A DNA stretch of 63,266 bases, filler included, from Conidiobolus incongruus B7586 (taxonomy: Eukaryota), in NCBI GenBank assembly GCA_000697335.1. It is 4 parts of 4 records of this genome, joined end to end, with 100 filler letters (N's around TTAATTAATTAA, not from the genome) between each part and the next. Parts side by side here need not be neighbours in the genome. Positions count along the whole stretch, not along the records: positions 1 to 27,489 come from JNEM01006067.1; 3 more parts are not named here. The stretch is one strand, 5' to 3'. How positions within the stretch are numbered: position 1 is the first letter of the stretch; each line of letters begins with the position of its first letter. The position numbers and the translations under genes are program-made. The notes beneath the pieces were generated by a model, which worked only from the letters and a program-made list of their open reading frames with translations, made no database searches and was not told the DNA's origin. This document shows positions 1 to 11,848 of the stretch, one piece after another.

Positions 1-73
1 ATTTTGTGCTGAATACCACACAAATCTATTAGCAAGAACACTGCTTTTAAGCTTTATCCTGTTTTTTTCTCCT

Positions 74-750
74 ATGTCATCTATTATTAATACTGATAAT
101 AACAATAGAGACTCCCTTAAACCACATTTGATAGAAGCTATACTTAGTTAGTTGAGGCAAGAGGAAAACTATGAATCCTGGTGCTCTAACAAGTTAAACA
201 CTTCTTTTCAAATATGCAGGTTTGTTCTTGTTTTAGAAAGAGTAGATTATATAAAGTTGAGAAAGAAGCTTGATAAAATATTTAATCATGTAAGAACTCT
301 TATTCTCAAATTTAAAACTGCTGAACAAGTTCTAACAAGTAAATAATGTGGTAGAAATGGCCCTTTGTTTACAACAGTTAATACTCTTATAACACAAGAT
401 GATTTAGTTTTTAGAGCTTCTAACATAGCTCCTATAGCTTTTTTATCACACAACTAGTTTCACTATGAGGAACTAGATTACCTAGATGATAAAAAATAAA
501 GTAATAGTAGCTTTCACCTTTCATTGTTTTTTTTAATTAAAAACTTTAGAAACATAAGAAACAATGAAAGAAGAAGAAAAAATACCTAATTTTCCCTTTT
601 TCTTGAGGTTATCAAAAAAAACATACAGGAGCAAAATAAAATTTCAAGATAATAGATTAAGTTACAACAACTACAAAAAAAATGTTATTTATAAATATTA
701 AAACAACAACAATTTTTAATGGAAAAACTCTTATAATTAATATAAAGGAA
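74..750 (+). pseudogene. Probable Harbinger accessory (Myb/SANT-like DNA-binding) ORF, disrupted
   Basis: ATG at 74, frame reads ...IEAILS*LRQEENYESW...KFKTAEQVL...GPLFTTVNTLI. The stop TAG is one G>A from TGG, giving an LxWLxxEENYxxW motif like fungal Harbinger ORF2 proteins. It faces the transposase. 3' end approximate. Confidence 0.55.
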
Positions 751-799
751 CTTTAAAAAAAGTGGTTAGTTTATATGATTTTTATTACAAAACAAAATA

Positions 800-2105
800 T
801 AATCAAAAGAATACATCTAAAATAGTTAACCAAGTGTTAGTTTGTGATAAGATTACTACTTGTAATTTATTTAATTTAGTAAAGTTATTATGTGTGTTGA
901 TTATATCTTGTTTATTGTTGTCAATATTAATATTTTCACCAGTTTCTTTTTCAACTCCTTTTTTTAAATTGTAGTTTTATTCATTAAGAGAAATAAAGTT
1001 GTAAAGGAAAGTAGTTATATATATAAGTGTAACAACAAATTAATAAGCTTTTGTATTTTGTATATAATAAGGTAGTAACTTTAAACAAAAAAAGATAGCT
1101 TTCTAGATATTAAAAGTTCTTTTTTACTACAGATTACTTTTTATTATATACAATATTGAATTTTTCTATTCTTTTCTTTATAGAGAAAAAAATAGCTTCA
1201 ATCTAATTTCTTTAAAATAAAGTAACTATAAACTTATTATTAATATAACCTATAAAAAACAAAAATTAAATAAAAACATTTATTTGTTATTGATAATAAA
1301 TTAACTTAAGTATGAAGCAACTATATTACTTATTATTATTTATAAGAATATATTCTCTTTGTTTAAAGTATTTATTTAACTTATTGAATAATTTAAATGT
1401 TTTTAAAATACTAGAGTTATAATATAATTTAGGTTTCCTAAACTTAAAATATATAAATTTATTTGAAGATAATATAACAACTATATATTAAAGGCTATGT
1501 GTGCTTTTTTTGTTGTAATATAACTAAATATAAAATGTAAGCTAATTTTCAAGTATAATATAACTACCATTTAAATAACCAGTATAGTTATTAAAGGAGA
1601 GTTGTTCTGAATAAGCTTCCTCTATATTATAATGATGTTCTAACCAAACTATTTGATTATCTAGTTTCTCTCTAATAAAACATATTATTCTTTTAGTATA
1701 TAAAATAACAATTCCTTCTCCTATTTAGAACTTTTCTGCTATATCTTTTAAACATGCTTTTTTGTAACCTAGTTAGTAAAGTGTAACTGCTAATTGAGTT
1801 TCTAAAGGTGTATATTTTCCTTGATGAGAAGAAATGAAATTTTTATGTGACTGTAAAATATCAGCAAGTTAGAAAAACTTAGCCTTTAGCATCCTTATCT
1901 ATCTTTTGAAATCATTTTCTTCAGAAGGAAGTTTATGTATAGACTACTATAGCAAGTATAATGTGTATAGCAAGTGTGGAGATATGTATCTTGAGGTTTT
2001 TAGTTCATATAATAATCTTAAAATTGCTGGATCATCTGAGTTCTTATTAAAGTTTACTATAGTAAAAGTAATGAGGAACTCTACTATTTCTTTTGTGTTA
2101 AGCAT
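800..2105 (-). pseudogene. Harbinger/PIF (DDE_Tnp_4, HARBI1-like) transposase pseudogene
   Basis: Manual translation gives motifs in canonical order: FKR*IRM, PLETQLAVTLY*LG, IAEKF*IGEG, IVW, YTGYLNGSYI (CxGxxDG), YYNKKSTHSL, RKPKLYYNS (GxPGSxHDS), EYILIN..GY, FNIVYN, *SVVKKNF (RxxVE) and FLYNF (LHNF). A decayed intron probably lies at ~1250-1332. Confidence 0.85.
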
Positions 2106-2426
2106 AGGAAAAAATAAAACTTGTGAGGTGATTTTAATGAATATTATATATTTTTTAGTTTGAGAAGAGGAAAACTTAGAGTTAATTATCAAAAAAATTC
2201 AGTGAATTTTTTTAGGTCACATTTGAGTACATTTTTAACATTTTTCAGAAAAATCAGAAAAATCAGGAATCAGGACAGATTTGAGTAGGCCCATTATATG
2301 TTTATTAATTGAGTAGGTAAATTATATGATTATTGAATCATTATATGATAAAATGTGGATGATAATGATTTCATAAAATTAATATAGAAACCCTTTAGGA
2401 TATTAACGTCTTGCTTTTTTGCCTTT

Positions 2427-5195
2427 TCATTTGTATGGATTCGGCTTGGAAATTGATTTACTTTCTCCACGGTTTTTGCTACCACTTTTATTATTACCCG
2501 CAATTTGATCATTTCGGCGGTTGCTATCATTACCATTATTGCTACTATCGCCATTACTGATCTCAGATCCATCAGTACCGCCATTGACGTTATCTTCACT
2601 GTTGCTATCTGATCCATCATTACTATGATTGTTATTATCGCTTTTGATATTGTGAGAGCCATTATTGCCGCTGGTGCCATTATCTCCTCCATTAACGCTA
2701 GTATCATTATTATCATTACTCTGATTATCAGTTTCATCATCGTCATCATTGTCATTTCTACCATGACCATCATTGCGAGAACCATGATTGCCTTTGGCAT
2801 TCTTATTATTGGATTCCAATTCAATTTCGGTCTTAATGACTTTCTTACCATGAGTTTTTACATCGATATCAACAACATCGTCTCCTCTTAAAACTTTAGT
2901 ATCCAAATCGACAGCAGCTTTATCTCCATTTTTATTGTTCCCGGTCTCACCATGACCATTGGGTCCATCACTGTCAATGGCATCTTCGACAGTGTCAACC
3001 ACTTCCTCAATAACATCTTTATCTTTACCTTTACCTTTACCTTGAGATTTCTTCGATCTAAGATTTGGACCATGTCCTCCATCTTCTAGAAGATCCAGGT
3101 TGACATTGATATCTTGACTGTCTTTTCCACTTTGATGATGACCTGACCTATCTTTAGCTTGGTCATTTTGATCCTTCAATAAGTCCGAATCGGCAACTTC
3201 ATTGACAGTTTTCTCAACTTTTTTAACAGCATGTTGAACTTCTTTCTCAACTTCTTTCACGACTTCTCCCTGGTTGATACCACTAACCTTATGTTTGGTA
3301 TTTGAGGTCTTATCTTTATTGGAACCACTCAATTCGATACCAACCAATTTTTCATCTTTGTTATCCTTTTTGTTTCCATGATTGCTGTCTTTATCCAGCA
3401 CAGTGAAATCAACATCAATGTCAACTACATCTTTGCTTCCTTTAGATTGATGATTTCCAGCGTGTTGAGGAAGTACGTTAATTTCTACATCAACCGCATC
3501 GTCATCACTCCTACCAGAGCCATGTCCGTTATTTCGAGTTCTGTCAAGGACATTAACATCTAAGCCAACTGCATCATTGCCTCCTTTAGGAGGATGACCT
3601 CCAGAATGTTGAGAAAGCACATCAACACCAACATCGACTACTTCACTGCCTTTCTTTCCGGATTGATTTCTATTAGCGTGAGTCTTGTCGAGGACATTCA
3701 CACCAAGGTCAACTACTTCGCTGCCATCCTTGGGTTTGTGACTTCCACTGCGTTGAGAGAGCAAATTGACATCAGCGCCAACTACGTCATTTCCTTTCTT
3801 TCTAGATTGATTTCCATCAGTATGAGTCTTATCAAGGACATTCACACCAAGATCTACCACATCATCTCCGTCTTTCGATTTCTTGCTTCCATTGTGTTGA
3901 GAGAGTAAATTGACATCAGCGCCAACTACGTCATTTCCTTTCTTTCCAGATTGATTTCCATCATTATGAGTCTTATCAAGGACATTCACACCAAGATCAA
4001 CTACTTCATTGCCGTTCTTCGATTTCTGACTTCCACTGCGTTGAGAGAGTAAATTGACATCAGCACCAACTACGTCATTTCCTTTCTTTCTAGCTTGATT
4101 TCCATCAGTATGAGTCTTATCAAGGACATTCACACCAAGGTCAACTACTTCATCTCCATCCTTCGATTCCTTGCTTCCATTGTGTTGAGAGAGTAAATTG
4201 ACATCAGCACCAACTACGTCATTTCCTTTCTTTCCAGATTGATTTCCATCATTATGAGTCTTATCAAGGACATTCACACCAAGATCAACTACTTCATTGC
4301 CGTTCTTCGATTTCTGACTTCCACTGCGTTGAGAGAGTAAATTGACATCAGCACCAACTACGTCATTTCCTTTCTTTCTAGCTTGATTTCCATCAGTATG
4401 AGTCTTATCAAGGACATTCACACCAAGGTCAACTACTTCATCTCCATCCTTCGATTCCTTGCTTCCATTGTGTTGAGAGAGTAAATTGACATCAGCACCA
4501 ACTACGTCATTTCCTTTCTTTCCAGATTGATTTCCATCATTATGAGTCTTATCAAGGACATTCACACCAAGATCAACTACTTCACTGCCATCCTTGGATT
4601 TCTGACTTCCACTGCGTTGAGAGAGTAAATTGACATCAGCACCAACTACATCATTTCCTTTCTTTCCAGATTGATTTCCATCAGTATGAGTCTTGTCGAG
4701 GACATTCACACCAAGGTCAACTACTTCATCTCCATCCTTCGATTTCTTACTTCCATTGTGTTGAGAGAGTAAATTGACATCAGCACCAACTACGTCATTT
4801 CCTTTCTTTCTAGATTGATTTCCATCATTATGAGCCTTATCAAGGACATTCACACCAAGGCCTACCACATCATCTCCATCCTTCGATTTTCCTGACCCAG
4901 TGTGTTGGGAGAGTATATTAACATCGGTATCAACCACGTCCTTACCTGATTTTGGAGCCGATGCTTCATGACGAGTGTTAAGAATATTAACATCACCATC
5001 GACCACGTTGCTTCCATCTTCTTTCGAAGCAGCGCCCTTCGTTTGATGAGTCTTACTTAGAACCTTCACATCGGCATCTACTACATCGTTATCCTTGGCG
5101 ACCGCTCTCCGAACGATACCACCTATCTCGGAATGAGTAATAGGTTTAGCCATCAGTGACATGATCAAAATGCTAAAAATAGTTGCTGAGCGCAT
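2427..5195 (-). CDS. 922-aa secreted tandem-repeat protein; largest member of the clustered family
   Basis: Long intronless ORF with a hydrophobic signal peptide, IVRR pro-site, ~25 VVDxxVNVL-type motifs and an N/D/G/S-rich tail. No Cys. TATA-like TATATAAAG ~90 bp upstream. Confidence 0.92.
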   Translation of the reverse strand: MRSATIFSILIMSLMAKPITHSEIGGIVRRAVAKDNDVVDADVKVLSKTHQTKGAASKEDGSNVVDGDVNILNTRHEASAPKSGKDVVDTDVNILSQHTGSGKSKDGDDVVGLGVNVLDKAHNDGNQSRKKGNDVVGADVNLLSQHNGSKKSKDGDEVVDLGVNVLDKTHTDGNQSGKKGNDVVGADVNLLSQRSGSQKSKDGSEVVDLGVNVLDKTHNDGNQSGKKGNDVVGADVNLLSQHNGSKESKDGDEVVDLGVNVLDKTHTDGNQARKKGNDVVGADVNLLSQRSGSQKSKNGNEVVDLGVNVLDKTHNDGNQSGKKGNDVVGADVNLLSQHNGSKESKDGDEVVDLGVNVLDKTHTDGNQARKKGNDVVGADVNLLSQRSGSQKSKNGNEVVDLGVNVLDKTHNDGNQSGKKGNDVVGADVNLLSQHNGSKKSKDGDDVVDLGVNVLDKTHTDGNQSRKKGNDVVGADVNLLSQRSGSHKPKDGSEVVDLGVNVLDKTHANRNQSGKKGSEVVDVGVDVLSQHSGGHPPKGGNDAVGLDVNVLDRTRNNGHGSGRSDDDAVDVEINVLPQHAGNHQSKGSKDVVDIDVDFTVLDKDSNHGNKKDNKDEKLVGIELSGSNKDKTSNTKHKVSGINQGEVVKEVEKEVQHAVKKVEKTVNEVADSDLLKDQNDQAKDRSGHHQSGKDSQDINVNLDLLEDGGHGPNLRSKKSQGKGKGKDKDVIEEVVDTVEDAIDSDGPNGHGETGNNKNGDKAAVDLDTKVLRGDDVVDIDVKTHGKKVIKTEIELESNNKNAKGNHGSRNDGHGRNDNDDDDETDNQSNDNNDTSVNGGDNGTSGNNGSHNIKSDNNNHSNDGSDSNSEDNVNGGTDGSEISNGDSSNNGNDSNRRNDQIAGNNKSGSKNRGESKSISKPNPYK
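3650..4950 (-). repeat. Coding tandem repeat: 144-bp (48-aa) unit, 8 near-exact copies, with a 288-bp higher-order period
   Basis: AAATTGACATCAGC recurs at 3763, 3907, 4051, 4195, 4339, 4483, 4627 and 4771. Units alternate between SQHNGS and SQRSGS variants. Confidence 0.95.
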
Positions 5196-8032
5196 AATAC
5201 AATGAAAATAATTAATTGATTGAAATGAATTAATGTATTAATGTATAAATGTATGATACCGAATATTTGTCTCTTATCACTACTTTATATACATACTACC
5301 TCAGCATATTATATCATATCTTATCATTTTAATTCTACGGAAATTATTATAATTTCATCAAATTTATTAATATTAAAATTTATTAATTTTCCCAATTCAA
5401 TTCCAAATAAAATTGGTTAAAAATTTGCAAATCTTTTCATATATAATTTCCTAACGGATTCGGTATTAACGGAAATATTGGTAAATGGAATTATGGAAAG
5501 TTTTTTTTATTCTTAACAGCAATATTGAGATATTTGATAGTTGTCATGGTGTGATTAGTATTCATTTTTGAAATTAATTATTATTAATGTAGCGCTTAGA
5601 GATGACTAATGTGGTTCATTTTAAGATTATACTTATTAAAATATTTTTTATTTGCTTGAAATTTAAGCGTTTTAAAAATAAACCATCATTATTGTTAGCA
5701 AGACCAGTTTAATATTTGAGCTTCCTCAAAATACAACAATACATATAATTTATAATCTTTAATGCTTTATATTAAATAATTCAAAAATCAGTCATAATTC
5801 CAACTGGTTAGTTTATATTGATTCATTTTGTTTTATATAATATATTAAAGGGCTGTTATATCCAAATTAGTTAAATATATTTTCGTCTACTAAGCTATGG
5901 ATAAGTAGGATTAAAAAACTATCAGACATTTATCAATCCAATATTGAATAGATTAAATTTAATATTCAGACTCTTAAATTATTAGTATTGAATGATTACA
6001 GAGATATATTTCAAATGTAAGACATTTAATCTGATATTATATTCATTGATACACAATAAATTGAATAAAATATCTTCTTTTGATATTATCAAATTAATTT
6101 GTAGCCATAATGATAAAGGCGAACAATTAGAATATTCGTTGACAAAATAATATGAAAAATTTAATTCGTATTATTATCAATTTAATAATCATGCAATATA
6201 TTGATAATTGAAAATTGATGAAATTTTTGGGAAAATGATATGAGAAGTGAATGGAAGTGTGTATCAAGATATAGCATACTATGGTATGAATGAAAAATAT
6301 TCATAACATCTTGATAGAAAGTATGAATTCATTTTAGTTGTAAAAATTGATGATTGTAGTCCACATATATTTGCTTAATATCTCCATTATCATCCAAGTT
6401 ATTACATCTAGTAGATATTACTTCATTCTTCACTTTTAATTATTCTCAATCCATAGAAAGTTCGCTAGCCTCATCCAAAAATGCTCCAAAGTTTCCAATA
6501 CTTTTCAAAGATCCTTGGTCGTCATACAACGGGCCATCAACAGGCTTCAGTACGATTTCCAAAAGACTTTCAGTGGCTCCCGTCTCACAATTGATATCCA
6601 AAAGAGTATTGTTCAGAGTTTCTAAGAAGATTACTGCGGTGTGATCTATACTGTATCTATAGTGACTCATCTATGTGGTGATTGATGTGGGTCCTTAGGA
6701 CCGTCAGAATGCTTGATTAGATGTTTGTGTGGTTTCTTTTTTTTTTCATTTTTTTATATCTTATACATCGCTAAGGTTTATCACTTTTCTTAGATTGATT
6801 TTGGGCTTATTTGCAAGTGTTAGCAATCAATTTAGCAGTGGTAGAGCATATATTTCATTAGTAGCCATGACTAAATATTTCAATTATGAAAAACTATAAA
6901 AGGTTAACAGATATAAAGTTTTAATAGAATCAATATACAATATTATTTTGAGAATGAATTTTGGTATTGGTTAAATTTGAAATAGTTTTGACATGTGGTA
7001 AATTGATTTATATATTAGGGCTGAAATAGGTTGTTGATGTTGGTTTATTGATGATTGTCAAATTTATGTTTTTGAGCTTATTCTTGTGTTTTTAAATAAT
7101 ATGAACTATAAAAGACAAATACCAATCTTAAGCTGTAATGCAAATTAGGCTGGTTTATATTAAAATTTTATTTATCTCTATCAACATTGATATTATATTG
7201 AAAGTTTAGTTTAAGTGCAGTATATAATACAAAGTTTTATATATTAAATGATGTAGATATTTATTCCATACAATTGTTGATTAATATAAACCATCTTATT
7301 TTATATCTTCAAAATTAAAAATTTATATAAATTGGATCTATTTCACACCTAGAAACATTTTTATAATTCTTTTGACATTTTAATTAATATTAATCATTAA
7401 TATAATGACTAATGATAGAGAAAATAACAAAAATATATTACTCTGATTAGCAATAGCTGTTATAATTTCATGATGATTGATAAAATTAATAAATATGAAA
7501 ATCATAAATAAAATAATAGTAATGTTGTATAATTGTTTTATTACATTGAATCAACAATTATAATAATATTTTTTACAGAATTATGATTAAAACAAAAAAC
7601 TGCTATATATGCAATAAGTCAGATAATTATTTATATCATGATTTCAGTAGTAGGTGAATATTATGATATTCAAAACAAAATTTCAAATCCCAGTATAGAT
7701 AAGTTAATAAAAATATTTTCTAACTTATATTATTTGATGGTTGAGCTTTATCAACCTATATTGCTTTATTTCAATACATCGATTAGAATTTCAAATGGCC
7801 ATAAACAGTGCTATCTTTATATATGAAAACATAACACTAAAACAATCCCCAACAATATTTCATTATTTAAAATTCAAACAAAAACTAAATATTCTAAATA
7901 AACCACACTTTAAATCCCATCATATCTCAAAAAATTCAATCATCGATGATAATCAAATTGATGGTATTAAGAATATAAATTATCATTAATCATTTTGATG
8001 GCAATCAAGATGTTAAAAATTTAACATTATAA

Positions 8033-8347
8033 ATGATGCGATATATTATGTTATTCACATTTCTCATTTATGTCGGTGATGTGATTTCAATTACATCTGG
8101 TGAAAATATCTGAGAGATTCAAAGAGGTGGGCTGATTGAAGATTTTGAAATAGTTCAACTGGGTACGAATATTGGTGACAAGGATGAAGACATTGAAAGA
8201 GGTGAACGATTGCAAAAACAGGAAAATAAGGGTAAGGAGGAATCTAATCAAGACACTTTTTCTAGAGTTAATATGAGTGAGGCTTATGTGATTGATTTGT
8301 TAAGTGCCCTTTTAGGAAATTACCTTGACTCATTGTTAGCATTTTAG
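8033..8347 (+). pseudogene. Decayed small secreted protein, probable family member
   Basis: MMRYIMLFTFLIYVGDVISITSGENI*EIQRGGLIEDFEIVQLGTNIGDKDED...: signal-like start, one in-frame TGA at 8111, an IVQLGTNI strand motif, and TATAAA at ~7974. Confidence 0.5.
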
Positions 8348-9178
8348 TCATTTTATTATGAAAATATGATTAACTGATTTTATAATATAGTGGTATCAGT
8401 ATTTATATTAAGTAATAGAATTATGAGGGCTAAAATGCATTTATATATCAATTATATTGAGCTTTATATATCACACCTCAACAATTAAAAAAATCTTTTA
8501 AATTTGCAATATTAAAATCCAATCCTATATTGTATACTAATTATCAGTATTTTAATAAATTTAATAGATTCATTTAAAAATTATATTAGATATATAACTC
8601 AATTTTATTGATCAATTCTGTCATAAATGGTGATGTTTTAAATGAAATACAATAGATTTAAATGCTTTGTAATCATATTATTGATAAAAAATCCAAAAAT
8701 TGCATGTAATTGGGTTCAAAATATGTAATCATCTAATGACCTTTAATATTTAATTTTATATATTTGATCATGAATTTTTATTAGATCAAAATTTTTATAA
8801 TTATGTTGAATTCTATTTTGAAGTATACTATATAATTTTTTGTGATGCATATATTCCAAAAAAAGAATACTCAAAGCATCCATTCGGAGCATTAATATAG
8901 CACATCATTCCAAGCTTTCAATATTATTAAGGAACTTTCAAGTAACCAAAATTTCCGTTAAAAAATCGTATGGAAAAATTAAATTGATCATTACTTATAA
9001 AACTTTTGAATAAAAGATAATTTTTAACAAATATCAATAGGCGTAAAATATCTTGATTTTTGTATAATTTTTGGAGAGAGTATATAAATCACATCTCTTA
9101 TCCAAGTTAATACCATCAAATTATATTTATTTAATATTTGATATTGGTTAATTTTTAATTTTAATATAATTTTGAAGA

Positions 9179-9820
9179 ATGCGTACTGCCACTCTACTCG
9201 CAATTTGGATGACTTCGTTGGTTGCTACACCAGCTATCCCTTCCAGGCACCCAAAAGTGCGCAGAGCTGAGAATAAGGCCAACGATGTGGTCAAAGCCGA
9301 CGTTGATGCTTTAAGCCACAAGAAACATGAGGATGATGATTTTGATGTGGACGCCATTTTGGATGAACTTTTGGCAGATATTAAAATTGATGATGTAAAT
9401 GGAAAAGACGGTGCTGTAGACAATTTAGTAGAAACTGTTGAAGGGGCTACTAAACTCGATCTAATCAAGAGTAGCAAAGTCAAGCGTCCATCCAAAAAGA
9501 ATAAAAAAAAAGATGCATTGGATGTTGATGTCACTGCTCTCGATGATCCTGCTGTTGCTGAGCTTGAAGTTGACAATAATCGTAAAAAGCTTGCTGAGCT
9601 TGATGTGACTTTTGAAGAAAAAGCGGAGGAAGTGGAACAATCAGAACAATCCGAAGAGCCAGAAGAGCCAGAAGTGTCAGAAGTGTCAGAAGAGCCAGAA
9701 GAACCCGAGGAAGTAACAGAAGAAACACCTAAGCCACCTCATCGCTATAGTAAGAAGAGACCTTACGGTAAGCGCAGGTCACATAAAGCAAAAAATCGCA
9801 GAGGCCTCAGGTATTTTTAA
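9179..9820 (+). CDS. 213-aa secreted family member with acidic E/P linker and basic K/R tail
   Basis: Signal peptide MRTATLLAIWMTSLVATP. VRR-AENKANDVVKADVDALS aligns with VRR-AVAKDNDVVDADVKVLS of the 922-aa protein. TATATAAA at 9081 and AATAAA at ~9881. Confidence 0.9.
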   Translation: MRTATLLAIWMTSLVATPAIPSRHPKVRRAENKANDVVKADVDALSHKKHEDDDFDVDAILDELLADIKIDDVNGKDGAVDNLVETVEGATKLDLIKSSKVKRPSKKNKKKDALDVDVTALDDPAVAELEVDNNRKKLAELDVTFEEKAEEVEQSEQSEEPEEPEVSEVSEEPEEPEEVTEETPKPPHRYSKKRPYGKRRSHKAKNRRGLRYF

Positions 9821-11062
9821 TTCTCAACTGGATAGCTTCAATTTAATTTTTTTACCAAAAATACTGAATCTAATTTAATCAATAAACATATTATTTTTAC
9901 AATAGTTTTTTATTCAAATGAGCTTATATAATATTTTATACATCTCATTACCAATTAATGTGTTTCATTATAGATAAAATACTCATAACATTTATCTTAA
10001 GTACTATAATTTGTGAATTCCTATAATTAACAATTTCTAATGTATTGTATTAAAAATTATAAAATCTTAATTACATTATAAAAATGATCAGTTATGAATC
10101 AAATAACACTTTTGAATTCCTTAATGTGATATAATATCCAATGATTCCCATTTATAAATATATAATTAGAAAATTATTACTAAATGTTAAAATTCAATAT
10201 ACATCATTTAACCTAAATATTATATACTATTAACATCAAAATTTGAATATTCTTTAATAAATATTAGTATAGATATTGAATATTCATTGAATAGTTCAAT
10301 AAAACCATGAATAATTTAAACACAAGAATAGTTCTTAATCGGATAAAATATTGATTATTTTAATATCTGTTAATCATCAAAAATATATTATTAAAATTTA
10401 TTCAAACTTTCAAACAGCTTTATACCATTAAATTAATATTAAATTTAACCAATATTAAGATTTAAATTTGAAATGTGCTGAGGTTGTATATCATATTACT
10501 TATTAATGACTATGTAAAATAACAATAAAGTTATTATTTTAATATAAATATATTGAGTAATTATAGTATTGAGATTGATATTTTTTATATCGAATCGAAT
10601 TACTTAAAAAATGGGTAAAATATATATAAACGTAATATGATAGGTTGAGTACTTGCATTTACTATAAATATAATCATTAATTATATGGTTAGTATTATTA
10701 CGCTAAAATTAAACAAGATAAATTTCTAAATCTTATTATTTCATTTTTGATGTTTGATTTTGTAAATATACCATAATTTACTATCTATTAATAACTACAA
10801 AATATCACTGAGAAAATTATTTATATATTATATAATCTTTTTTTATTCAAAATGAAGTGGAATCATTTACAGAATGATGGTTTGATAAAATTTCAAATAA
10901 GAATTACCATTTTATAGAGATTATTTTAATAGATAGTAATATATTGTCAAATTTAATATTAAGATTCCAGAATAGATCAATCTATTATTTGATCTGAATT
11001 GATAAGAATAATAATATCCCTGAGATAGTGATTATACTAATCATTTTATTATTTCATTAAAT

Positions 11063-11848
11063 ATGCGTAATGTAATCTTCATTTCATTGTTAGTTGCATT
11101 TACTGGAGCTATTCAAGCAGCACATCATCATACCGGATTAGTTGGCTGTGAAGCATTGACTAAGGGAGACCTGGCAAATGTTAGTGTAAAGGTTGACAGG
11201 GACAGCAATCTGATCAAAGATGAAGATAGAAATAGCGGCTTGGATGTAGATAACCTTTTGAAGCTGAGTAACTTGAATGATGGTCTCATTGATCTCAATG
11301 ATTCGGAAAATAAAGATGATAGTATTGTCGAGTACTTAGCTTTGGATTTAAATGATTTTGATGATGTGATGGCCTTGTTAAATCTGAGTGAGAAGGATTA
11401 CCTTAACATTTTCCATTCGAGATCCGAAGCTATTCAGTATAGTAGTAACGAAAGTCAGTAAAAGAGTAGTGCGGAATGATTGAACATGAAAGCTGATGCT
11501 CTTGAAGGTATGATGTCGATGATATCAAGCTCGATAATGATTTTAGAGAGATTGCCGAAGTCAAAATTTCGCTTGGTAATGTTAATACTTAACAGGATTC
11601 AGGAGATGATAATGATGAGGGAGATAAAAAAGAAATCAAAACCTAAATCACTTTGATTACGTTGTAAGCCTCCAAAGAAAGGGCACTATTATAAACCCAA
11701 TTCTCATCACCAGTATAGCGAATATGGAAGGAGGAGTCCTAATGGTAGATATTTTTTACAACCTTCTTTTAGACCAGGACCAATGTATGAACCTGACTAC
11801 GGACGCCCGATTGGGTATTCTATGCCGTATCCACCAAGTTATCGTTAA
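11063..11848 (+). pseudogene. Disrupted secreted family member (132-aa ORF, then stops and frameshifts)
   Basis: Signal peptide present. Past the stop at 11461 the sequence still encodes LNMKADALEG / YDVDDIKLDNDFREIAEVKISLG (family module), an acidic then basic stretch, and a P/Y/G tail ending PYPPSYR* at 11848. The truncated 132-aa product could still be made. Confidence 0.7.

Larger units (their letters stand above)
1..2293 (-). mobile_element. Degenerate PIF/Harbinger DNA transposon; left end probably outside the window
   Basis: Two convergent decayed ORFs (transposase on -, accessory protein on +), the usual Harbinger layout. The right end reads GGGCCTACTCAAATC on the - strand and is followed by A-TTA, matching a Harbinger-type GGGCC terminus and TTA/TAA target. 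I found no CpG in 1-2400. Confidence 0.85.

Noticed and set aside
2330..2851. Met/Ile-rich 173-aa ORF, and similar ones at 15226-15834, 17055-17396, 19756-20082, 16979-17356 and 19680-20066
   Set aside because: Shifted-frame or antisense shadows of GAT/AAT/TAT-rich coding sequence.
3650..4950. Regularly spaced repeats resembling a CRISPR array
   Set aside because: The 'spacers' are themselves repeated and in frame within a eukaryotic ORF; no cas genes.
6446..6670. 74-aa ORF on a GC-richer island
   Set aside because: No recognisable motif or family signal; possibly a gene fragment but unsupported.
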